Assembly (NCBI GenBank): GCA_964504165.1
Contig: CAZDDH010000012.1
Span: 3,213 to 67,212, forward strand
Origin: an uncultured Rickettsiales bacterium
GTDB lineage: Bacteria; Myxococcota_A; UBA796; UBA9615; CAYRNR01
DNA length: 64,000 nt
Direction of reading: 5' to 3'
The translations under genes were made by a program, and so were the position numbers. The notes beneath the pieces were generated by a model. The model searched no databases. It had not been told where the DNA came from and saw nothing but the letters and a program-made list of their open reading frames with translations. Shown here piece by piece: positions 36,409 to 44,475 of the stretch; positions within the stretch are counted from its first letter, which is position 1; each line of letters begins with the position of its first letter.

Positions 36409-37776
36409 CTAAGGCTGGTTGGCCACGATGAAGGCCACGGTCGAACGGTCGATGCGGCGGTTGCGGGTCGCCAGCAGGTCGTCCGGCTCACCCTCGGGGG
36501 GAAGGGCGAGCCGCGTGGGATGGAGGCCCCCCTCCTCGATGAGATAGGACCGCGTGGCTACCGCTCGCCGCCGGCATAGCTGGACGTTGTACTTGGCGCC
36601 GCCTCCCTCGTCACCGTGGCCGAGTACGACCACCGGGGTCAGCTCTGGATGGATGGACAGATAGGCTGCCACCGTCTCCAGCGCCTGCCGGGCTTCGTCG
36701 GAGAGTTCGGTTTCACCTTCGGCAAATTGGACCGGGGACGCGATGAGCAGTTCGGTGGACCCGCGGGGCACCGGGTGGGTCGAGGCCTGCTCCACGGTGA
36801 CCGGGTTGGAATAACCATGGGGAAGGACGCCCGGCTCTGCCGGCTCGCCCGTGGTCTTCAGAGTCACCTGTGGTTTGCGTATCCAGCGGTCCAGGGTCAA
36901 TCCCACCTGGAAGCCCGCGCGGAAATCGGGCGAGCCGACACCGGGCGCCAGACCACGTCCCAGGAATACCGTGGCGCGGAAGCGGTCGTGGTTGAACGCG
37001 CCGGCCACCAGGAGTTCCATCGGGCGTTCGGCCACGGATCCGCTCACCTCGCCGGACCAGGATGTGGCGGCGGTCCAGTTGCGGTGGAGGCGAACCTCGG
37101 CTCCCAGCCCGTACCGGAATGCCGAATGGCTCTGCACCCCACTCCAGTCTGCAGACGGCCTCAGGCGTCCACCCACCAGCGCCGTCACCCGTACGGGCCC
37201 TGGCCGTACCTCCATGGCGACGTCCGGGTGGAATTCCATGACCCCCGATGAGGAAAACGCGCTCTGCATCCCTGTGGGGATCTGGATGGCGGGCCGGATG
37301 GCCAGCCCGAACGGGCTCTTGCCGATCTTGAGCAGGGGGAACAATCCGCCGATCCGCAGATCACCGGGGCCCACCGCCTGGAGATCGTCGTCCGGCTGGG
37401 GCCACCATCCGGCCTGGTAGGCCACCAGGGGGAAATCCGCCCAGACGGCGAAACCCCGGCCCACGCCCATGGCGGCGCCGACTTCGGTGATCAGCCGGTC
37501 GCGAATGACCGGCATCGTGCGTACACCATCCTCCACGAGGTAGATGGGGCGGTGTTCACCCTGCATCAGCAGCGAACCGGTGATCTGGAGCGGCTCCATG
37601 CCCTTCGTCCCAGGAGCGGCGAGGATATCCCCCGCAAATGGCTGCAGCCGGAACCGCAGCGAGTCGACCGTGGTGGCTTCCAGCTCGGCTGCCCACGCGC
37701 GGGGTAGGGGGGCGAGCAGCCACGGGATCGCCAGGAGGAACACGGCCAGGCCCGGCCAACGATAGGTGTGTTTCAT
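36409..37776 (-). CDS. Outer-membrane protein with an N-terminal barrel-like domain and a C-terminal OmpA-family peptidoglycan-binding domain
   Basis: Signal peptide AVFLLAIPWLLAPLPRAWA. C-terminal domain VQFAEGETELSDEARQALETVAAYL...VVVLGHGDEGGGAKYNVQLCRRRAVATRSYL. Confidence 0.75.
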   Translation of the reverse strand: MKHTYRWPGLAVFLLAIPWLLAPLPRAWAAELEATTVDSLRFRLQPFAGDILAAPGTKGMEPLQITGSLLMQGEHRPIYLVEDGVRTMPVIRDRLITEVGAAMGVGRGFAVWADFPLVAYQAGWWPQPDDDLQAVGPGDLRIGGLFPLLKIGKSPFGLAIRPAIQIPTGMQSAFSSSGVMEFHPDVAMEVRPGPVRVTALVGGRLRPSADWSGVQSHSAFRYGLGAEVRLHRNWTAATSWSGEVSGSVAERPMELLVAGAFNHDRFRATVFLGRGLAPGVGSPDFRAGFQVGLTLDRWIRKPQVTLKTTGEPAEPGVLPHGYSNPVTVEQASTHPVPRGSTELLIASPVQFAEGETELSDEARQALETVAAYLSIHPELTPVVVLGHGDEGGGAKYNVQLCRRRAVATRSYLIEEGGLHPTRLALPPEGEPDDLLATRNRRIDRSTVAFIVANQP

Positions 37777-38696
37777 GAGCCTTCCCCCGTCCGCTCGGCG
37801 ATGGGACCGTCAGCGGGGTTCTCCTCGGGCCTGAGTTCCAGGCGAGCGCTGGCGTCCATCAACATCAAGGAGATCATGCCTGGCTCCCTCTGCTCCGAGC
37901 CAGGCCAGCTGACCGTCGCCAGGACGGTGCCTGGATCCCGGCCGAGCATCTGTTCAACAGCTTCGGCGACGGCGGCAGCCCGTCGCCGGGCGGCGGCCTC
38001 CGCGTTCTCGATACGTTCCACGTTTGCCATCACGCCGATGCCATCGGCCATCGGATGAAGGTGCTCGTTGATTGTCGTCGATACCGCCTCGGACAGGGCC
38101 TCCCCGTCCACGACGACGGAAATCCGGACGGGGCCGCGGATATCGAAACGGGAGATCCACAAGGCCAGGAGCTGCCGGCCGTCGTCACTCAGCCGGCTGC
38201 CTCCCTCGTGGAACAGCAAAATCGATTCGAACTGGCCCGTGATCGTCTCGGTGCGTAGGCCCTCCTCACCCGTCTCCACGAGGCGGTCGCCGATGCAGAC
38301 GAGATCCTGGGGTAGGCCGTCGTCGTCCAGGGCTGGGAGAGGGGTCGGCGGTCCAGAGACCAGCCGAGCGGTGGCCCACTGTGTGCCCAGGCCCACTACC
38401 TGTAGTCGTCCGGACTCCATCCACACCGGGTGGCTACGGAATTCGGCATCGCCTCGCCGGGCAGGAACGCGCCGGTACGCGACGAGGATGGTGCCCGGCT
38501 CCACCGCTTCTAGACCGCCGATGTCCAGGTGATAGTGGCGTGTGGTGGGGTTCGAATCGCCCGCGGGGTAGTCCCGCCCATCGCTGCCCTGTTCTTCGAC
38601 GGTATAGGAGCCCACCACATGCGGCTCGGCACCCGCCAACCCGCAGGTTGCCAGCGTGATCCAAACGACGGCCGCCCATCCAGCTAGATTCCTCAT
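37773..38696 (-). CDS. Exported (possibly lipo-) protein with a beta-rich N-domain and an eroded OmpA-like C-domain
   Basis: ATG at 38696 (MRNLAGWAAVVWITLATCGLAGA). C-terminal half ILLFHEGGSRLSDDGRQLL...ISVVVDGEA...AEAAARRRAAAVAEAV resembles OmpA_C without the canonical GHTD..N core. ATGA overlaps at both ends. Confidence 0.5.
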   Translation of the reverse strand: MRNLAGWAAVVWITLATCGLAGAEPHVVGSYTVEEQGSDGRDYPAGDSNPTTRHYHLDIGGLEAVEPGTILVAYRRVPARRGDAEFRSHPVWMESGRLQVVGLGTQWATARLVSGPPTPLPALDDDGLPQDLVCIGDRLVETGEEGLRTETITGQFESILLFHEGGSRLSDDGRQLLALWISRFDIRGPVRISVVVDGEALSEAVSTTINEHLHPMADGIGVMANVERIENAEAAARRRAAAVAEAVEQMLGRDPGTVLATVSWPGSEQREPGMISLMLMDASARLELRPEENPADGPIAERTGEGS

Positions 38697-39265
38697 CGGA
38701 CCATCACCTCCACACCTCCGTGGAGCTGCCAGCCACCCAGATCCATTCCCCTGCCGGATGCCCAGCGAGCCCAGCGGTGGCCGCCCTCCACGACGAGATA
38801 CACCCCTTCGAGACCGGGCCCGGTATGGATCGAATAGGACGTCTCGGGGGTCAACAACAGCGCCGCACCCATGCCCACCATGGCGCCGGGTTTCATGCCG
38901 TTGATGACGTCGGTTTCGACCTGTTCGCGGTACCAGGTGACCATCGGGCCCCCGACGATATAGGGCACCAGTGGCTGATGTTGGACCATCTCCAGGCGCC
39001 CCTCGAATCGGATCCCCACGTTGCCCATGTGCAGCCGCGTTTCCAGATCCGTAGTCTCCATCGTCTCCGTCAACACGGCCGTGCCCCGGCGGCCGCCATA
39101 ACTGAACTGCATTCCCACGCCGAGCTGAGGAAAAGGCCGCATCACGAAGCCGGCCTGGATGTTCACCGCGGCGGCCTTCTGGTAGACCACGAGCACTTCG
39201 GGGCTGCGTACCCCGGCGGCACCGACGGTGAACCAGATGGCCATCGCCAGGACGCTGGCGCTCAC
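38693..39265 (-). CDS. Small exported beta-barrel-like protein (hypothetical, about 8 strands)
   Basis: GTG start overlapping the PilZ stop (GTGA). Signal-like MSASVLAMAIWFTVGAAG. Alternating-hydrophobic strands rich in Gly/aromatics. Confidence 0.45.
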   Translation of the reverse strand: MSASVLAMAIWFTVGAAGVRSPEVLVVYQKAAAVNIQAGFVMRPFPQLGVGMQFSYGGRRGTAVLTETMETTDLETRLHMGNVGIRFEGRLEMVQHQPLVPYIVGGPMVTWYREQVETDVINGMKPGAMVGMGAALLLTPETSYSIHTGPGLEGVYLVVEGGHRWARWASGRGMDLGGWQLHGGVEVMVR

Positions 39266-39810
39266 TTGTCTTCCCCGCGCAGAGCCTTACGATGGCTCTT
39301 GAACACCAGATCCACGATCTGTCGCCGGGTGTCCTCTTCCAGGTCGACGAACTCGAATCCCAGGTACGTCTGACCCTCGACATCCTGAGCACGGACCAGG
39401 TTGGCATCCACGACCAGTGGGACATGCCCCGGATCATCGTCGCGTAGGATCAACATCGGGACCTGTTCGCCGACGTCACACGGTGGCTCCCCCCGGAACC
39501 CGATCCCGCTCTCGGACAGATTGATGCTCTGCTCTTCGGCTCGCGCGACTTCGTTGGCCAGCGTGAGGCATTGGAGTACCGCAGCCATGTATTCGATGGT
39601 GTTGTCGATGATGCCCGCCGTGACCGCGTCGGCGCCGGGTTTGATGGACCGCAGGCGCCCCACCAAGGTGGCCTGCTGCCTGCGTAGGGCGAGCAACTGC
39701 TCGTCCACGAGGCCGTCCAGCTCACCGAATTCGAGCTTGGCCTTCGTCACTCGCTGGCGGAAGTGCCGCCGCCGTTCGTCATCACCCTTGTTTGCGGTGT
39801 CGTCTGTCAT
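39262..39810 (-). CDS. PilZ-domain protein (putative c-di-GMP receptor)
   Basis: RxxxR motif (RRHFR), N-x-S-x-x-G motif (NLSESG) and terminal barrel strands (YLGFEFVDLEEDTRRQIVDLV). ATG at 39810 preceded by GGAGGAG. Confidence 0.65.
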   Translation of the reverse strand: MTDDTANKGDDERRRHFRQRVTKAKLEFGELDGLVDEQLLALRRQQATLVGRLRSIKPGADAVTAGIIDNTIEYMAAVLQCLTLANEVARAEEQSINLSESGIGFRGEPPCDVGEQVPMLILRDDDPGHVPLVVDANLVRAQDVEGQTYLGFEFVDLEEDTRRQIVDLVFKSHRKALRGEDK

Positions 39811-39833
39811 CGAACTCCTCCACGACCTGGTCA

Positions 39834-39849
39834 TGCAGGAAACGGACCA
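39834..39849 (-). promoter_or_regulatory. Weak sigma-54-like -24/-12 element upstream of the PilZ operon
   Basis: Minus strand reads TGGTCCGTTTCCTGCA, with correct GG-N10-GC spacing and 4 mismatches to TGGCACG-N4-TTGCW. Lies about 25 nt upstream of the ATG. Confidence 0.2.
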
Positions 39850-39923
39850 GGTGCTGTGCACGGTATTTTGCGGAAAAGGAAGGGAGGTGGGACCGTCTGA
39901 CCGTCAGCTCGTTGACGCCCTCG

Positions 39924-40295
39924 TCAGAGCTTCTGCTGGAGTCGCTGGGCACGGTGATGGGGCTCAAGACCTCCAAATGCTTTGAAGGCTCGATTGCACT
40001 GGCGCAGGGACTGGATCTTCTCGTCCAGATCTTCGAGGTGCCGGTGGGCCTCGACGCGGAACATGTCCGCGGCCTCGATCCAGGCGGCGAAGGCGGCTTG
40101 CTCTTCCGGTGTGGGCTCGCCGGTGCGTGCTTCCACGGCCGCCTGGATGGCGCGCTGGCTCATGTGGAGCTCGGGAGCCAGATTCTCGAAGGCGCTGTCC
40201 CCGTCCTCGGCCATGCTTTGGCAAAACCGGCGGAGTTTTTCTGCCGTGGCGCGGAGCTGCTCGGTCAGGACCCTATCAGGGGCTGGCAATGGCAC
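39924..40295 (-). CDS. Small helical protein in the FliT position (possible flagellar export chaperone)
   Basis: 123 aa, helical and charged. Overlaps the fliS 3' end by 20 nt. The assignment rests on position only. Confidence 0.3.
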   Translation of the reverse strand: MPLPAPDRVLTEQLRATAEKLRRFCQSMAEDGDSAFENLAPELHMSQRAIQAAVEARTGEPTPEEQAAFAAWIEAADMFRVEAHRHLEDLDEKIQSLRQCNRAFKAFGGLEPHHRAQRLQQKL

Positions 40296-40674
40296 TATAT
40301 TCCTCCTCGAAGACGTCCACCGCCTCAGTCCAGGTGTCTCGAAGATCGGTCAATTTTTCGAGAAGGGTGGCGAACTGCGCCGCTGCTGGGTCCTGTTCGG
40401 CTTCCAGCAACAGCCGGGTGAGGTACGTGTAGTGGCGGAACAGGTTGACAGCCATCGTGCCGCCGATTTCGAAGCTCAAGGCCTCCTGTAGTGCTGCGAT
40501 GATGCGCCGAGCTCGATTGAGTTCGGCCTTGCATACGCTGGGGCGATCCGTGTTCTGGGCAATCTCTACTGCTCGTACGGCTCCGTCGCACAGGTCCACA
40601 AGCAGTTCGGGGCCACTGCGTGCTTCGACGTCTGCTCGACGGTAGGTCTGGATCATGGCATTTGTGGCGGTCAT
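40276..40674 (-). CDS. fliS: Flagellar export chaperone FliS
   Basis: YRRADVEARSGPELLVDLCDGAVRAV...AELNRARRIIAALQEAL...GGTMAVNLFRHYTYL. Confidence 0.85.
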   Translation of the reverse strand: MTATNAMIQTYRRADVEARSGPELLVDLCDGAVRAVEIAQNTDRPSVCKAELNRARRIIAALQEALSFEIGGTMAVNLFRHYTYLTRLLLEAEQDPAAAQFATLLEKLTDLRDTWTEAVDVFEEEYSAIASP

Positions 40675-40684
40675 TTTCGTATCC

Positions 40685-42016
40685 TCAGCTGCTCGAGTTA
40701 CCCACGAACAGCATGGTCAGGTAGTTTCCCATGGTCTGAAGCTCGGCCATGGCCATCTCGAGGTTGGTGAACTGTTGACGCAGCGCACCCTCGTAGATTT
40801 CCAACCGGTCCTCTTCGGCTGCGATTCGGTCCTGGAAATCTTCGATCTGATCGTCCAGGCTGTCGGTCCGCAGCGTAATGGAGCCGTTGTCCGAATCGAC
40901 CACGATGTCGATACGTTCGGTCAACGACGCGAACAGGCCGTCTGCACCAGCCAGCATCTCCAGCACGTCCTCGGGGGAAGACTCGAGTAGCGATTCCAGC
41001 TCGTCGGTATCCAGGCTTAGACTGCCGTCCTGTTCGGTAGACAGGCCCAGTGAGGACATACCGCGCAGATCGCCCGATTCGTACAACCCGCTGACTGCCG
41101 ACTGTAGCGAACTCTCGACCGTACGCAACACGGACTCACCGGCGATCAAACTGGTCGACCCGTCCTCGTCGACGCCCGTTTCATCATCGATGAACGACAT
41201 CACGTCGTTGTAGGCGTCCACCACAGACTGGATCGACTCGACCGTGGCCTCATTGTCGCGGATCACCGCGATGTCAGCGGCGCCTTCGCTAGCCACGTCG
41301 AGGGTCACACCCGGCAGCACATCCTCGAAGGTGTTCGTCGCCGAGTTGATGGTCAGCCCGCCGGCCAACTCGATCTCAGCATCGGCTGCCGCGACCTCCT
41401 GCGTGAAGGTGGGAGCCGTGCCTCCGCTCAGCGTATCGCTGACGCTGATGGTATTGGCTGCCCCGGTCTCATCCGACATGATCACGAGCCGGTAGGGATT
41501 GGCTGCATCTCCGTCGTTGAGGATGAACGCCGAAACGCCTTCTACCTCGTTGTTGATCGCGGAGACCAGTCCGGTGAGCGTGTTGTTTTCGTTGGCTGCT
41601 GAAACCGTGATGTCGGTCTGCTCGCCGGCCACTGTCACCGAAAAGGTGCCTTCGCCGACCTCATCCGTGGTTGCCGCGTATCCCTGGGACCGTTCCATCT
41701 CGGCCACGGCCATCGAGTTGACGGTCACGGCGAAGGACCCGACCTGCGCGCCATCTTCGGCACTAACGGTCAGGACGTCCTCGTCGGAAGTGGACGTGGA
41801 GACAGACTGGAGATCGCCGGCCGTCTCGTAGGCCGCCATCGCCGTGTCCAGGTCATCGAGCAAGCCTTTGAAATCCTGCAGTAGCGACAGCTTGGTTTCC
41901 AGCCGCCCCTGTTGGGTCCGGCGCGCCTCGGTGGCGGCGCTCGCCGACGACATGTACGCATCGATGATTGCCGAGGTGTCTAGCCCGCTGACCAACCCGT
42001 CTACTGTGATTCCCAT
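40685..42016 (-). CDS. fliD: Flagellar filament cap protein FliD
   Basis: N-terminal GLVSGLDTSAIIDAYM, C-terminal RLEIYEGALRQQFTNLEMAMAELQ. Confidence 0.85.
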   Translation of the reverse strand: MGITVDGLVSGLDTSAIIDAYMSSASAATEARRTQQGRLETKLSLLQDFKGLLDDLDTAMAAYETAGDLQSVSTSTSDEDVLTVSAEDGAQVGSFAVTVNSMAVAEMERSQGYAATTDEVGEGTFSVTVAGEQTDITVSAANENNTLTGLVSAINNEVEGVSAFILNDGDAANPYRLVIMSDETGAANTISVSDTLSGGTAPTFTQEVAAADAEIELAGGLTINSATNTFEDVLPGVTLDVASEGAADIAVIRDNEATVESIQSVVDAYNDVMSFIDDETGVDEDGSTSLIAGESVLRTVESSLQSAVSGLYESGDLRGMSSLGLSTEQDGSLSLDTDELESLLESSPEDVLEMLAGADGLFASLTERIDIVVDSDNGSITLRTDSLDDQIEDFQDRIAAEEDRLEIYEGALRQQFTNLEMAMAELQTMGNYLTMLFVGNSSS

Positions 42017-42023
42017 CGGCTCC

Positions 42024-42506
42024 TCACATCCACTCTTCCAGCATCAAGCCGTCCAGCTCTTCGAGCTGGGCGACCACGTCCAGGTACTCTCCCGGTGGGA
42101 ATTCACGGATGACCTTGCCGGTATCCGCTTCGGTCACCTGGAGCATGTAGCGGCCTGTGGCCTCATGGAGCTTTGCGCTCACGCGCAATCCGCTCTGGTC
42201 CTCGTTCTCGGTCGCTTCCTCGATGATCTCCCCGATGGCTTCACGGACAGATTGTCGATTGGATTCGACGAGTTTCTGGCGGACCTTCTGATCGGCCTGA
42301 CGTTCTTGCTGGGTTTCAACGGTCGGGGATTCCGGCCGTTCGAGTCGGAGTTGACGCGCCTTGGGTTTCGCCTTCGCTTCGGGTTGTTCGGCAGTCGTAT
42401 CCCCGGGGCTTTGGAGCTGGCGAGTGCGGTCGGAGGACGAGTGCCCTGGAGCCGATCGAGCCGTCGCTGAATGCGGCGGGGATATTCTCAGGGTCGATTC
42501 ACTCAT
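42024..42506 (-). CDS. flaG: FlaG-family protein
   Basis: C-terminal LRVSAKLHEATGRYMLQVTEADTGKVIREFPP. Confidence 0.7.
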   Translation of the reverse strand: MSESTLRISPPHSATARSAPGHSSSDRTRQLQSPGDTTAEQPEAKAKPKARQLRLERPESPTVETQQERQADQKVRQKLVESNRQSVREAIGEIIEEATENEDQSGLRVSAKLHEATGRYMLQVTEADTGKVIREFPPGEYLDVVAQLEELDGLMLEEWM

Positions 42507-42572
42507 CGTCTTCCCCCGTCAGAATCGCCCCCCGGGACCTGTCACCAGGCCCCGCGGGGGACTCCTCGAGGA

Positions 42573-43400
42573 TTAGCCAAGCAGCGAAAGTGCCGCCTGT
42601 GGCGCGAAGTTGGCCTGAGCAAGTACGGAAATACCCGCTTGCGTCAGGATCTGGTTTCTTGTCAAGTGCGCGGATTCGCTTGCGAAGTCCACGTCCCGGA
42701 CCTGGCTTTCGGCTGCCGTGAGGTTCTCCGCGGTCACCTCGAGGTTGCCGAAGGCATGGTAGAGCCGGTTCTGCGTCGCACCGAGGGTGGCGCGGGAATC
42801 ACTGATCGTCTCGATGGCCGAGTCGATCAGGGCCAGCGACGTGTTGGCGTCGGCGACCGTGTCCACCGATGCGGAACCGGTGTCCACACCCAGCGCCGCC
42901 GAGTCGGTGTCGACCATGGTGATGTCGATGGTGTCACCTGAGTCGAAGCCCACCTGCACGGACATACCACCCGAGAAGGTGCCGTCCAGCAGGATGTTCC
43001 CGTTGAACTCGGTGTCCGAAGCGAGGCGGTCGATTTCTGACTGCAGCTCGGCAAACTCTGTCTGGAGGTAACCACGCTCGGTGCCGCCCAGAACCTCGTT
43101 GGCGCTGGTCATTGACAGCTCGCGCATACGATTGAGGATGGAGTGGACCTCGCCGAGAGCACCCTCAGCGGTGCTCACCACGCTGACGCCGTCGTTGACG
43201 TTGCGCATGGCGACTCCGGCAGACGTGATGTCTGCGCGCAGGTTCTCACTCACACCCAAACCGGCGGCGTCGTCGGCGGCGCGGGTGATGCGCAGACCGG
43301 ATGACAACCGGTTGTAGTTCTGTGACAGCGCTGAACTTGAACGGCCCAAGTTCTTTTGCGCCATCAAGGCTGACACGTTGTTGTTGATGCGAAGAGCCAT
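42573..43400 (-). CDS. fliC: Flagellin (short, 275 aa, D0/D1 only)
   Basis: MALRINNNVSALMAQKNL...LSSGLRITRAADDAAGL and C-terminal ILTQAGISVLAQANFAPQAALSLLG. Confidence 0.95.
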   Translation of the reverse strand: MALRINNNVSALMAQKNLGRSSSALSQNYNRLSSGLRITRAADDAAGLGVSENLRADITSAGVAMRNVNDGVSVVSTAEGALGEVHSILNRMRELSMTSANEVLGGTERGYLQTEFAELQSEIDRLASDTEFNGNILLDGTFSGGMSVQVGFDSGDTIDITMVDTDSAALGVDTGSASVDTVADANTSLALIDSAIETISDSRATLGATQNRLYHAFGNLEVTAENLTAAESQVRDVDFASESAHLTRNQILTQAGISVLAQANFAPQAALSLLG

Positions 43401-43449
43401 CTTCCAAAACTCCCATTGCAGGCCGGGGTTTTTTTGTGTCTAAGGTTGG

Positions 43450-43476
43450 TTATCGGTCAGGAACGCCACAGCTTTA
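43450..43476 (-). promoter_or_regulatory. Sigma-28 (FliA) promoter of fliC
   Basis: Minus strand reads TAAAGCTG-N11-ACCGATAA against consensus TAAAGTTT-N11-GCCGATAA. The -10 element ends 50 nt before the fliC ATG. Confidence 0.65.
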
Positions 43477-43596
43477 GAAAAAATGAGGTCGAAGAGAGGA
43501 AGAAAAGGGGGGGGGATTTGCTAGCTCAGAGTGTTCAGGTTCGAAACACCAATCAAAAAAATACCAGTTATTGCAGTTGTTTAGCGTATATGTTTG

Positions 43597-44475
43597 CTAC
43601 ATATACTTGAAGATGCTGGTTTGCAGCGTCTGGACCAGCGTGGCCGCCGAAGCCTCGTAGGATGTCTGGGCCTGTGCCAGCGCGGAGAAGGCTTCGCCCG
43701 CGTCCAACTCCTCGAGCGTCCCCAGGACACTCTGGATGGCCGTGTTGGCGTCCTGACTGGCCGTGGTGAGATCCTCGATGCGGGACAGGGCGGCACCGTA
43801 GGACACCCGGGCTTCAACCATCTGAGCCCGCGCAGCGTCGATCTCGTCGATGGAAATCTGCACCGCGGTGGCGTCATTGTTTTGCAGGGCGGTCAGTAAG
43901 TTTTCCAGCGCCACGAACGGATCCTCGCCCGGCTGGTTGAAGACCGTGTCGCCCGTGCGACCGATGACCAGCGTATCGGCGCCGAACAGGGGGATGGAGC
44001 GTTCGATGGCCGAACCCACATAGGTCCCGTCAGCCAGGAACGGGTCGGTGTCGATGGCGGTGCCTGCAAAGATGTGGACACCGCCATAGGTAGCGTTGGC
44101 CGCCCCGAGAATCGAGTCTTGAAGCACCGACACCTCGGCGGCGGCGATGGACCGGTCCTCCGCGCTCCAGTACTCCGACGCCATGCTGATGGCGATCTCC
44201 GAGGCGCGCACCAGCACGTCCTCGGCCTGATCCAGGACGGAGTCCGCCACGGACAACTCCCTCGCAGCGCTGGAGAGGCGGTCCTCGAGGCCTCGGTACT
44301 GTTCGAGCTCGTCGCGCAGCTCCACCACCTCGGCCGCATCCGCCGGGTGGCTGGATGGCCGCCGGAGCCTATCCAGCGAGCTGGCGTCCAGGGACGCGTT
44401 GGTCAGCCGGTCGGTCGCATTCACCATCAGCTGCTGGACTTGCTTGAAGCTCCCAAATGTCGCTCGGTAAATCAC
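43597..44475 (-). CDS. flgL: Flagellar hook-associated protein 3, FlgL
   Basis: Flagellin-like N and C termini. GTG start overlapping the flgK stop (GTGA). Confidence 0.8.
   Translation of the reverse strand: MIYRATFGSFKQVQQLMVNATDRLTNASLDASSLDRLRRPSSHPADAAEVVELRDELEQYRGLEDRLSSAARELSVADSVLDQAEDVLVRASEIAISMASEYWSAEDRSIAAAEVSVLQDSILGAANATYGGVHIFAGTAIDTDPFLADGTYVGSAIERSIPLFGADTLVIGRTGDTVFNQPGEDPFVALENLLTALQNNDATAVQISIDEIDAARAQMVEARVSYGAALSRIEDLTTASQDANTAIQSVLGTLEELDAGEAFSALAQAQTSYEASAATLVQTLQTSIFKYM

Noticed and set aside
42507-42572. GC-rich palindromic stretch after fliC (CCCCCG ... CGGGGG) as an intrinsic terminator
   Set aside because: It has only a 6-bp stem with a loop of about 20 nt and no following U-tract, so I cannot support a terminator call from sequence alone.
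43586-43606. Hairpin GTATATGT-N5-ACATATAC overlapping the flgL stop codon
   Set aside because: It is a real inverted repeat, but the stem is almost all A-T, only 8 bp long, and no U-tract is adjacent. It is too weak to call a terminator.
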